A DNA stretch of 64,000 nucleotides. Source: Vitrella brassicaformis CCMP3155. Taxonomy: Eukaryota; Protista; Chromerida. Under the pieces are notes generated by a model that saw nothing but the letters and a program-made list of their open reading frames with translations, made no database searches and was not told where the DNA came from. The translations under genes and the position numbers were made by a program. This document shows, one piece after another, positions 39,549 to 51,132 of this stretch. Location of the stretch: contig CDMY01000338.1 of NCBI GenBank assembly GCA_001179505.1, positions 49,572-113,571 of the forward strand, in the 5' to 3' direction. Positions within the stretch are counted from its first letter, which is position 1. Each line of letters begins with the position of its first letter.

Positions 39549-42500
39549 ATGATGCGCCTCCTGCCCGGCCTCTCTATCCTCCTTGCAGCATCAACAGTCA
39601 CCTCTCAGTTCACTGGAGGCGCCATAACCATCGGGGCAGACGTGCCTGACATCCCCCCTGCAGCAGCGCTGCCGACTGGATGCACATGGGCAGACAGTGC
39701 TGTCGACGGCGGTCTTACCGCCACACTGGACGGCAAGAATGTCACCTCGACTGCTCGCGCGTGCCAGGCGGCCTGTCAGAGTGACCCGGAATGTGACTAC
39801 TTCACGCTATCGACTTCGGAGGGCGGGGAGAGGTCGTGCAGGCTGTATGAGGGGAGGGGTGCTGTGCGGGTGGCGTCCACTGAGGCAACGACGGGGCCGC
39901 GGACGTGCAGTGAGCAGACACGCATTGACAGATACACGCAGGAAACTTGCTCACCATTGTCGTGTGTGCGTGTGTCCGTGTGTCCGTGTGTGTGTAGGTT
40001 CTGAGTGCTCGGTTCTCTACGATGAGGACTGCAGCCAGACGCGGTGCTGCGCCCACCCAGAGGCTGTCTGCGTCGAGATGGACAAGGTAACAAGATGATG
40101 GTAGAGATGGCCTGTTCACCATCTTCTTGTGTGTCCGTTGTGTCCGTTTCGATCGATCAGGGCAACGCCCAGTGCCGGATGCTTGATGACCCCTGCCCTC
40201 CGCCAGAGTCATCCTCACAGTGGACATGCAACATACTCGGTCAGCGGCAGCCAGCAGACACACGTTCCGCACAAGTGGCTTCTGCTCACCGGGTGTTTGT
40301 GCTGTCCATCCACAGACAGCCCCTCCCTGTCTTGCTTCGAGGCCAACATCGGCTACGGTGAGGACCAGTTGCTGGACATCCAGGGCGCGTCCGACATCCC
40401 ATCGGCCGCTGAGTGCCAGCAGCTCTGCGCCGCGACAGAGGAGTGCAAAGGCTTCACCTTCTCGTTCCAAGACCGTGGGTCGTGCTTCCTAAAGAAGGGC
40501 AGCGCTCCCAAGCTGGTCGGGGAGGGGCTCGTGAGCGGACCGCAGCGGTGCTTGCCTGACGAGCTGCCGATACTGAGCCAATTGCTTGGCGAATACTCGG
40601 TGAGAGCGCAATGGTGATGGGCATTCTTGTTGTGACGCTGTGTGTGTCTGCGGCAGGACCTGACGACGTTTGTCGATGCGGTCAGGGCTGAGCTTCGCGA
40701 CGTGTGGGAGAGGATGGTCGAGGCGGAAGATGATGGCTCACCCCTGACCATCCTGGCCCCCACCAACACCGCCTTCGCGTCGGTGGATCTCGCAGCCGCC
40801 GATGAATCACTCAGACAGGTCAGCAGGCGGCAGTGAGGCCAACATCACCGGAGCAGAGCACATGTCTGATTCCTGTGCTCCTTTTCCTTTTCCAGATTCT
40901 CTTACATCACATCATTTCTGCGGAGCCGGCCCTCCTGTCTGCTGACGTGCAGCCCTCCACCAGTCCGTCGACGGTCGATTCCATGGCTGAGAGGCCCCTC
41001 TCCTTCTCCCGCTATGTCAACGGCTCGCTCTACGTCGACAGTGCACGGGTCCTGACGCCCGATGTCCGGGCCAAGAATGGAGCGCTGCATCTTGTCGATC
41101 GCGTGATCGTGCCGCAGGCAATGACCATCGGTGAGCGAAGATATGCCACACCTGTCGACCGCATTCACGTCACTCGCTGTCCCCCCCCTTTTGTTTTTCT
41201 TTGTCAGATTTGTCGGACCCCCCTGTCACTTTTGGAGAGGCAGCGACACAGACGGAGAGCAATGACTTGGTGGCCCCCAGCACAGGCAAGGCCAGCGACT
41301 CCCTGATCGAGGGTGTTGTGGCGGAAGAAGAGGCCGCCTCCCCCGCACCCGTTGAAGATGACGGTGACGACACCTCCCCAGCCCCCGACACCGATGAAGG
41401 TGACGACACTACCCCCGCCCCTGCGGACGATGAAACGGACACAGACAGATATGCCGCAGCCGTCCCGCCCGCCCCACCAGCAGCAGCAGCAGCAGCGGCA
41501 GCAGTAGCGGAAGTGGAGGCCATCGATCCTGACGACAAGGACATCATCGAGTTCCATGACGATGACGAACAGCCAGAGCCACAGCCCCAGCCACCATCCC
41601 CCTCCTGCCAGGATGCCTCCAATGCGAGGGCCGTCCTGGGGATGGAGTGTGCGGACGCCGTGGCGAGGCTGGGGTGCGACTACCGCGTGACGACAGTGCC
41701 GCCCTCGATCAGGGGGGTGGTCAGCGACCTCCCGCCACTCCTCTCCAGCACTCGTGTCAGCACGGTGTGTCGGTCCAGCTGCAGTGCGTGTGATGGTGAC
41801 ACTGATGGCGGCCGGCGGAGTGCGGCCGAGATGATGCGGGAGGCTGCTGAGGGAGAGGTTGAGGTGCTGCAAGTGAGGATCACCGAGCTCAGCCTGAGAG
41901 ACCTGGTCAGCAGCTGTGCTTGCACCATGCACAGGACGAATCTGATTGTCATTGTTCGTGTGTGTGTGTGTGTGTCGTGTTGTGTCGTGGCTGTGCAGAC
42001 AGGCCATCGTGAGGTCATTGAGGCGTTCAAGAGTGTGCTCGCGGACGCCCTCGCGCAGAGTCTCAACGTGCGGACCACCGACATGGAGATCATCCAGCTC
42101 CTCGGCGAAGACGCCATTATCGCCCGCTTCACGTACAACCACGCACGAAAACACGTGTCCGGCCCATCCACATGTGGGTGTGTGTAGGGTTGCGTCGAGT
42201 GCGTTGGCGGAAAGGTTCGAGGGCAGCCGCGTGAAGCTGCGCACCGCATGGATGGATATGGTGCAGAACCCCTCCTCCCCCTTCAGACGACAGTTCGCCA
42301 TCGACGGGGCGTACCCCCCGTTCTCCATCATAACGACCCCCGAGCTGCCACCCTCCAACCAAGACATTCAGGAGGTCACTTTGCCCAAAACAACCCCAGG
42401 ACAGCCCAAGGACGAGCAGACAGACGGTATAGGCCCCACCCACACCCACACCCACACCAACACGCACACAAGCCCGTGAACATTGTTTGTCTTATCTTCA

Positions 42501-42912
42501 CGTGCCATGCTTTGCAGCCGTCCCGGACCAAGCTGACGAGACGGGCGTCATCGACGGCAACCGCAGCCCCGGCAGCATGGCAGACGCAGCATCAGTCGAC
42601 AGCAAAAGCGCTGCTGCCGGTGGCGGGAAGGACAACAGCGTGGTGCCCCTGTGGGCGTGGGTGCTGGTGGGCGCCGGTGCGGCCCTCCTGCTGCTGACCA
42701 TCCCCATGTGTCTGCTGTCGGCAGCCAAAAGGAGAAAGGGCGTCAAGGGCAAGAGGAGGGGCGGGGTGTATGAAGCGAGGGCTCCTGCCACGACGCCGTG
42801 CAGCGACCATATGGATGGGGGGTATCACCATGATGGCCATGTGGACGAGAGCCCCCGAGGCAGCTCGTGCACGGCTGACACGGCGACACACCCTGGCAAC
42901 GTCATGGTGTGA
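39549..42912 (+). CDS. Type-I membrane adhesin-like protein: signal peptide, PAN/Apple, Cys-rich module, PAN/Apple, fasciclin (FAS1), acidic/Pro stalk, TM, short tail
   Basis: Signal MMRLLPGLSILLAASTVTS; Apple motifs CQAACQSDPECDYFTL and CQQLCAATEECKGFTF...CFLK...GLVSGPQRC; FAS1 motifs LTILAPTNTAF, ILLHHII, NGALHLVDRVIVP; TM WAWVLVGAGAALLLLTIPMCLL followed by KRRK. Confidence 0.8.
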
Positions 42913-43198
42913 GGATGAATGAGGGCGGCAAGGCTGTCTATCAGCCTGTGGCTGGGTAGCTGGACACACGAGGGAGTTGATGGTGTCACTGGTCTGAATC
43001 GCACGTGTCATGTCTCTTTGTCAACTGCTGCCTGGGTTTGTTGTGTGTGTGTGTGCATTATGTTGTGTGTGTGTGTGAGTGTGCAGAGGGGGGGCGGCAT
43101 CCATCTACCCGTCTGCCCGTCTAGCGCTGCTGACTGGCTCGTCTGTGTCTGCCTGCCTGCCTAAGCGTGTGTGAGAATTACAGAGAGAGAGAGAGGGG

Positions 43199-43498
43199 NN
43201 NNNNNNNNNNNNNNNNNNNNNNNNNNNNNNNNNNNNNNNNNNNNNNNNNNNNNNNNNNNNNNNNNNNNNNNNNNNNNNNNNNNNNNNNNNNNNNNNNNNN
43301 NNNNNNNNNNNNNNNNNNNNNNNNNNNNNNNNNNNNNNNNNNNNNNNNNNNNNNNNNNNNNNNNNNNNNNNNNNNNNNNNNNNNNNNNNNNNNNNNNNNN
43401 NNNNNNNNNNNNNNNNNNNNNNNNNNNNNNNNNNNNNNNNNNNNNNNNNNNNNNNNNNNNNNNNNNNNNNNNNNNNNNNNNNNNNNNNNNNNNNNNNN
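43199..43498. other. Assembly gap (300 N)
   Basis: Run of N. Confidence 1.
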
Positions 43499-44677
43499 CA
43501 CCAGATGGGCTCTGTACCTCATATTTGTGAAGTGTCATGTGTGTGTGTGTAGCTAATACATTCATATCCTTTCCTTCATCTGGCTGCAGGGGAGGGGTGG
43601 GGTGGGGTGGGTGGCAAACCCCGCCCGCCCGAAGACACACACACACACACACACCCTTTTCTGGTGTGTGTTCCCTCCCTCCCTCCCCTGTGTTGATGCA
43701 TGATGCATGATGCATGCACGTGTACGCAGCGTACTAAGTACATTATAGGTTGGTTAAGTACATCCATGGCGGGTGTTGGTGGGTGGATTTGTGTGGGTGG
43801 GTGTGGGGGTGGGTAAGGTGGGTCTGCCCCTCGTCGTCTTTTCGAGCGAGGGAAGATTTTCTCTTCTTAATTGCTTTAGTCAGTCAGTCGTCATAGATGG
43901 CATGGCATGGCATGGCATGGGTTTGGGTTGGTTTTGTTTTGGTACGGTTTGGTCGTTGGTAGCTGGTTGGTGTACAGTGTGATTAAAGAAGTAAGCAAGA
44001 CTAGTACTGAGTAAGTGCAGCTGATAGCTGGGACAATGGGCGGGCGGGAGGGCGAGGAGGGTTCATTTCGGTTTCCTGGGGGGGCAATTCGTGGGCTCAC
44101 CAGATGGGCTCTGTACCTCATATTTGTGAAGTGTCATGTGTGTGTGTGTAGCTAATACATTCATATCCTTTCCTTCATCTGGCTGCAGGGGAGGGGTGGG
44201 GTGGGGTGGGTGGCAAACCCCGCCCGCCCGAAGACACACACACACACACACACCCTTTTCTGGTGTGTGTTCCCTCCCTCCCTCCCCTGTGTTGATGCAT
44301 GATGCATGATGCATGCACGTGTACGCAGCGTACTAAGTACATTATAGGTTGGTTAAGTACATCCATGGCGGGTGTTGGTGGGTGGATTTGTGTGGGTGGG
44401 TGTGGGGGTGGGTAAGGTGGGTCTGCCCCTCGTCGTCTTTTCGAGCGAGGGAAGATTTTCTCTTCTTAATTGCTTTAGTCAGTCAGTCGTCATAGATGGC
44501 ATGGCATGGCATGGCATGGGTTTGGGTTGGTTTTGTTTTGGTACGGTTTGGTCGTTGGTAGCTGGTTGGTGTACAGTGTGATTAAAGAAGTAAGCAAGAC
44601 TAGTACTGAGTAAGTGCAGCTGATAGCTGGGACAATGGGCGGGCGGGAGGGCGAGGAGGGTTCATTTCGGTTTCCTG
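43499..44677. repeat. Direct duplication of ~580 bp with period 599 (43499..44078 and 44098..44677) between two gaps
   Basis: The copies appear identical base for base and are flanked by N gaps; likely an assembly artefact. Confidence 0.85.
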
Positions 44678-44709
44678 TCTTCATTTGTGCGTCTGCGGGT
44701 GTGTGCATG

Positions 44710-45009
44710 NNNNNNNNNNNNNNNNNNNNNNNNNNNNNNNNNNNNNNNNNNNNNNNNNNNNNNNNNNNNNNNNNNNNNNNNNNNNNNNNNNNNNNNNNNN
44801 NNNNNNNNNNNNNNNNNNNNNNNNNNNNNNNNNNNNNNNNNNNNNNNNNNNNNNNNNNNNNNNNNNNNNNNNNNNNNNNNNNNNNNNNNNNNNNNNNNNN
44901 NNNNNNNNNNNNNNNNNNNNNNNNNNNNNNNNNNNNNNNNNNNNNNNNNNNNNNNNNNNNNNNNNNNNNNNNNNNNNNNNNNNNNNNNNNNNNNNNNNNN
45001 NNNNNNNNN
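44710..45009. other. Assembly gap (300 N)
   Basis: Run of N. Confidence 1.
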
Positions 45010-45258
45010 GGGGGGGGGGGGTGTGGCCGTGGCCGCGGATGTGGGGCACACAACGAGACCGAGGCCGATCCATTCAGCAGGATTTGGTTTGATCAATCCA
45101 GACCATGCAGTCCCATGGAATGGAATCCAACGCAGTGCTACTGTCTGGCCGCCTGTCCGCGTCATAAGCGAATTCTCTCATTCATTAGGAAACTCACACA
45201 CACACGCACCACACCCCACCACACACACGAGTGAGCCAGCCGATCCAGCCACCGGCGC

Positions 45259-48200
45259 TCACTTGCGCTGCAGGAGGTTTGCCAGCGACCCCGCCGTACC
45301 GCCCTTCCCCCCTCCGCCACCCCCACCTGCTGCTGCTGCTGCTGCCGGTGCCCTCTTGGGATTGGCCTGCCCTCGACTGCAGCAAGCGACCACACCACAC
45401 ACACACACACACACACACATACATACACACATGCAGTAGTCTTTGGTGTGCGTCTGTGTAGTCATCGCTCACTTTGGAGGGGCCTGGCCGTGCGATGCGC
45501 CGCTAGTGCTTCCAGCAGGGTCGCCGGCACGAGACGAGCTGGCCGTCCACACCCACCTGACACACACACATGCAAACAAAGAGACGACAACTCGTCGTGT
45601 CCCCCGTGGCCATGTCACGAACGAACGAACATACCGTTTCCCGCCAGCGGCCTGTCCCTGTCGCGAGTCGCCCTCATCCATGGAGTCAAACTTGAATCCG
45701 CTACTGCTGCCCACGCCCATGCCCATACCCAGGCCAATACCCACACCCATCGAAGAGCCGTCTCCCCTCCCACCACCACCACCCACACCACCCACACCAC
45801 CCACACCCCCTGCCCCAGCTGCAGCGGCCTCCTCCTTTTTCTTTTTCAGGGCACCGAAGAGCCCCTTGCCGCCCTTCTTCGGGGCCCCCTTGGCCTTGCC
45901 CTTGGCCTGCGCCGCTGCTGGGGGGGCGCGTGTGCCGCCGATGGGCACCTCGTCGAGCAGACACGAGAAGTCTTGCGGGGGAGGGGCTGCGGGTGCTGGT
46001 GCTGGTGCTGGTGCTGGTGCGGGCTGCTGCTGGTCTTGCTGCCGAGGGCGGTGGGCGCGGAACATCGGATGGAGTTTGTCGTCTGATGCTGCAGTGGGGG
46101 GCTGTTTCTTGCCCTGGCCGCCACCCGTCATGAGCTGCTGGAGGCCGGATGAGATGGGCCGGCTCATCTGACGCTCCAGGTCCTCGTCCACAGGACCGAC
46201 AAACGCCACTCGCTTCACCGGGGGCGGTCGGCTGCCTATCTGGCTGCTCGAGTCGCCACCCACGCCGACGCCCACGCCCGAGGGTGCCGGCCCCTTCTTC
46301 TTCCTGTCGAAGATGCCTCTCGCCCGGTCCTGCACCTTCCACTCAGTGCCGCCCTCGCCCCTCTCTATGACGATCTCCTTGGGCGGCTTGGGGCCCTTCT
46401 TCTTCTGCTGCGCCGCGTCGGGCTGCTGCTGCTGCTGCTGCTGCTTGGCGGCGGCCAGGTGGGCTCCACTGCGAATGACGTTTTGGTTGTGGTCGATCTT
46501 GGACTGGTAGAGGGTGACGATGGTGTCGAATGTGGTGGCTTTGCTGGCGTCGAGGGCGATGTTGCGGATGCAGCGGCGTGTGAGGTCGGTGGCGGCCTTG
46601 AGGCGGTCGTCGCGGTGGGCCTTGTAGGTCCGGGGATTGGTGCGGAAGAAGGCCTTCAAGAGACGCAGCAACGGCCTGATCCAAGGAAGGATCGCAAGAG
46701 AGAGACAAGGATGAAGATTGTGTTGTGTGTCTGGGGGGATTGGTCGCCTACTTTTCGTATTGTCTGCGGGTCTTTTCGATGAGCATGTCGGCGACCTCCT
46801 GCTGGGTGGCCTCGCCAGCACGGAACCGCTGCACACATACACACACACACATGCGTCCACTGTGTCGATCCGTCGATCTCATATATCTGTGGCTGCCGTC
46901 CATCCGTCGGCATCCGTCGGCCCGTCTCACTCACCTGTCTGACGAGCTCTTCCTGTTGCTCCAGTCTCTGTCTCTTTTCCTCATCGTTGTCATCGTCGTT
47001 GTCCGCCTGTCCGTCATCCTGTTCATCGTCTTCGCTGAACTCCTCCGGCTCGAGGTCGTCAAGCTCATCCTCGCTGTCGTAGTCACTCGACACTGCGGAC
47101 AGACACCAGGGATGGGCAAAGAGACGTGTTGCGGAGGTAGCTATGTGTGGGCCTTCCTTCTCGCGTCTCGTCTCACTCTCGTCGTCATCTAGCTCGTCGT
47201 CCTCATCATCCTGGTCGTCGTCCTCCCCATCGAGCAGTTTCTGTCGCCTCTTGGCCTCGATCCGCTGCCGCCGGTTGAGCCCATCCGCCTCGTCCTCGCC
47301 CATCTCGGCCGCACGTCGCCGGCCGCGACGACGTCGACGGCCACCTGATCAATCCATCCATGGACACACACAGGCGTGGGTGTGGTGTGGGGTGGGGGCT
47401 GGGAGGCAGTGAGAGGTGCACCCACCCTTGAAGACGGCTTCGAGTATTTCTTCCTCCTGTTCGTGTAGCCACTCCTGGTGGAGGGCGGCGTTCTCGGCGC
47501 GCTTGTCGTCGCCCAGGAACTTCTTCTCCTTCTCCTTGGTCACCAGGTCAGACACATTGCTGACGGACGGACACATGCAACACCGACCGACGTTATACAC
47601 ACATGGATTGGATGTAGTGTGTCAGTGGGCAGCTTGGTGTACCTACCTATCAGAGTCTTCGTCATCATGCTCATCCCGTTTCTTCTTGGCGATTCGCCTG
47701 CCGAGCAGCGCGGCGCCCCCGATGCCGTCGTCGTCTTCCTCATCGTCGGCCTCGGCCTCGAAAAACTGACGCTCCACACGACGAAGGCGCTCCTTCTCCC
47801 TGTCCCAGCCAACACACATACAGACAGACACCATCAATCAGGCCATCCTCTTGGTTGACGCGTGTGTATGCTCAGATGAGATGCTCACTCCCGTCGTTTC
47901 TGTCTGAGCCGCTCCCGCACGAGCGGGTCGATGGCCACCTGCTCCTCCTCCTCAGACGAAGAAGACGACTCCTCAGGCCGCACCAGCCGGCGAATCTTGC
48001 GCTTTGCAGGCTTTGGGGCAGCCCCTGCCTCCGCACCCTCAACATCCGCACCACCACCACCACCACCCACACCATCACCACCACCGCCAGAACCCTCCAT
48101 TGGCACGTCGGCCGGCGGCTCTTGCTCCTTGATCGCCGCGTCACGCTGGTCGGCTGGTGCTGTCGGTTTTGCCTCGGCTGCCGTGGTGTCGGTGCCAGGG

Positions 48201-51094
48201 TGGGCGGCGTCAGGTGGGGTGTCGGGCTTCTGGCTCGGTTGGGGGGCTTTGCCCTTCTGCTGCATGGCGGCGAACATCTGGGGCAGGGGCCCGCTGGCGG
48301 GCGGCTTGGGCTTGGGCTTGGCCGCTGCCGCTGCATCCTTGTCCTGCTTGTTGTGGGCTGCGGTGTCGCCTTTGTCCCCATCCGTCTTGTGGAAGAAGCT
48401 GCGGATGTCGGCCATGCCCTTTTTCCTGCGCACATAGCCCCCGCTCTTGGCCTCAGCCAATGCCGGCGGCCTCTCCTTGGCGCTGTTGCCGTTGCTGGTG
48501 GTGGTGGTCTCTGGCTTGGCCGCCTCAGCGTCCTTTGAGGATGATGGCATGGGCATCTGCTCTTCCTCCTCGATCAGCGGTGCGTCGTCATCGAACGGCG
48601 GGGGCGGCTCGGACGGGGGCATCTGCTGTGGCTGTGGGCTGTCGGCCGCCTCCGACTGCCCTCTGCCCATCTGGCTCATATCCAGTGGCCCCGGCGCCGT
48701 CGCCACCGAGCACTCATACATCTGCGAGGGCCACCCCTCCGGCGGCCTCTCCATGCCCATGGCCATGCCCACATCACGCGAGACAAACCGGCCGGGCTGG
48801 CCCAGCCCCATCATGGTGGCCTCGTCGTCGGCGCCGCCCCAGTGCTGGTGGGCGTGCTGCCGGATGACCACGCGAGGGGGCGGCTGTGGCTGGGAGGGGA
48901 GGGTAGAGGGGCCGCCGTGGAACGGCTGCGTGGCCTCGGCGCACCGGTAGAGGTAGGAGTCGTCATCGGGCTGGCTGGCGGGGGGCAAAGGGGGGCGGGG
49001 AGTGCACGCCTGGACCGCAGACAGAGAGACATCCATGACAAGATGAGACAGATGCATGAGACACACAGGGGAGGGGGTGGGGGGTGGGGTGTGCTTGCCT
49101 CCATGGGTATGGATGAGTTGTCGTCATGGGACTTGCTCTGCGATTTGCCTTGCTCGCTGCCCACCCCTCCTCCACTACGCGAGTCCGCCGCGTCGACCGA
49201 TCCAACACCAAGCTGCCATCCATCACCAAGCAAACAAGACAGACACGCGCACCATCCACCAATCCAACACTCTGAGCACATGGCCCGCCCCCCATCCCTC
49301 CATTCTCTCACCGATGAGGAGACGCTGTCGTCCTTGCCCGCACCACCCTGGCTGCCCCCCTGTTGTGTCTCCTCCCCCACGGGCGACGCATCCGCTCCCC
49401 GTATGCTGTCCGTCGGCAGGTCAGGCACCTCAAACCGACCCGACTCATCCTTCTTGGCTTGTGGTGCGGCAGCAGCAGCACAAGCAGCAGCGGCCACCGG
49501 CGGCTGCTTTGACTGCTTGGGCTGCTTCGGAGGGGGTGGTTCCTTGGGTGGCACTTTGCGTGGTTTGGCCTTTTCCTTGGCCTGCGGCGGGGGTGCTGGA
49601 GGTGGTGGCGCTGGGGGCTGCATGGACTCCTCGTCGTCGACGAGCTCTATCTCGACATCGTCGTCATCCTCAGCCACAGGCCGGCCCGCTGGCACATGTG
49701 CTTTGGGCTGTGCCTTTGCCTTGGCCTTGGCAGCTGCACCGCCCGCATCCTTCGCCGGAGGGGCCGCAGGCGCCTTGGGAAGCCCACCTGCACCGGTGGC
49801 CATCCGGGCGTCGCTGGCTGTCCTACTGGGCGGCTTGGACGGGGGCTTCGACGCCGGCTGTGACTGTGGCTTGGCTTTAGGCTGGTTGCTGTCCTGCTGC
49901 TGCTGGGGCTGGGGCTGCTGCTGCTGCATTGATGAGTTGTGTCGCGAGATGCCTGTGGGGGTGGGTCTGGGTGGGGGAGGTGGGGGCTGCATGGACTCCT
50001 CGTCCGGGGGCGCTGAGGCTGTGGGGGTGGGCTTGGGCGGAGGGTTCTTGGGCTGCGGCAGACGGCCGCCGAGGATTTGCTGTCGTGAGGGAGAAGGGAG
50101 AGGAGACATGGGATGAATGTGTATATGTGTGTGTGTGTGGTGGCCGTGCTGTTGGAGTACCTGTGCGATTTTCTTTCTGTTCATGATGGCGACTCTCTCC
50201 TGGAAGGCGGCCCGCCTGGCGTCGAGGCCGTAGGTGTCCTCGTCAGCCTCGATGAACAGCTGCATGCACCCGCAACACCACACACACACGGACAGAACAG
50301 CCGGTGGGCATGCCTTTTGTCTGTTCTGGTGTTTATGTGTGTGTGCGCGCGTGTGCGCGCGTGTGTGTGTGTGTGTGTGTGGCTAACTTCGTCTTCTCCA
50401 AATTTGTCGCTTTTGCGTCCCTGTTTGTCTTCGCTGAATTTGATGTCGGCCATGATGGTCGTCTTGAGGAACTTCTGGGCCAGACGCAGGTTGCGCGCCT
50501 CAACACCACCTGACAGACACACACACACAGAAAGGCCACCACAGACAGACAGACAGCATCCGTCAGGGAAATGTGTGGTGGCCGTCCCTCGTCTGGCTGC
50601 CTTCCTTCGCTCTCACCGACCGTCTCTATTCCGTTCCTGCAGGGCGCGTTCTATCTTTCTGTCTAGCTTCCTCTTGGCCTTCTGCCGCTGCGCCTCCAGC
50701 CGCTCTGTGTTCTCTGCCACACACACACATACATACGAAATGCCCGTGTAGTCTCAACGCCTCTCTCCCTCTACCTTTTCAGTAGCTCACCAGGTACGGT
50801 GAAAAGTCCCGTGAGTTCGCCAATGTGACGGTCATTCTCGTCATGGCGCTCGCCCTCCTTGTCGTCGTCATTCTCTGAACAACACGACAGGAGACAGACA
50901 GACAGACAGACAGCGCCCCCCAGGAGTGAGTGCTGTGAGGGTAAGTGTGTGCGTACGTTGTCGCAATTGTTCGTCGTCCTGCTCGTTGAACAAATCCGGA
51001 TCGAATTCCACACCACCCATTTCTAATCAACGAGCCGCACACACACATGGTTCCACTTGTTCGTTCGTGCAGGCATACGCACCATGGCCAGCCA

Positions 51095-51132
<38 letters not shown>

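Noticed and set aside
43499-44677. Perfect 599-bp-period duplication as a biological repeat or LTR pair
   Set aside because: The copies look identical, are bounded by N gaps on both sides, and have no coding or transposon signature; most likely an assembly artefact.
43161-45234. ORFs containing long X runs (also 56180-56870 and 58035-58800)
   Set aside because: Artefacts of translating through N gaps.
48842-50116. 424-aa plus-strand ORF
   Set aside because: Antisense to the Pro/Ala-rich minus-strand exon; expected in GC-rich coding DNA.
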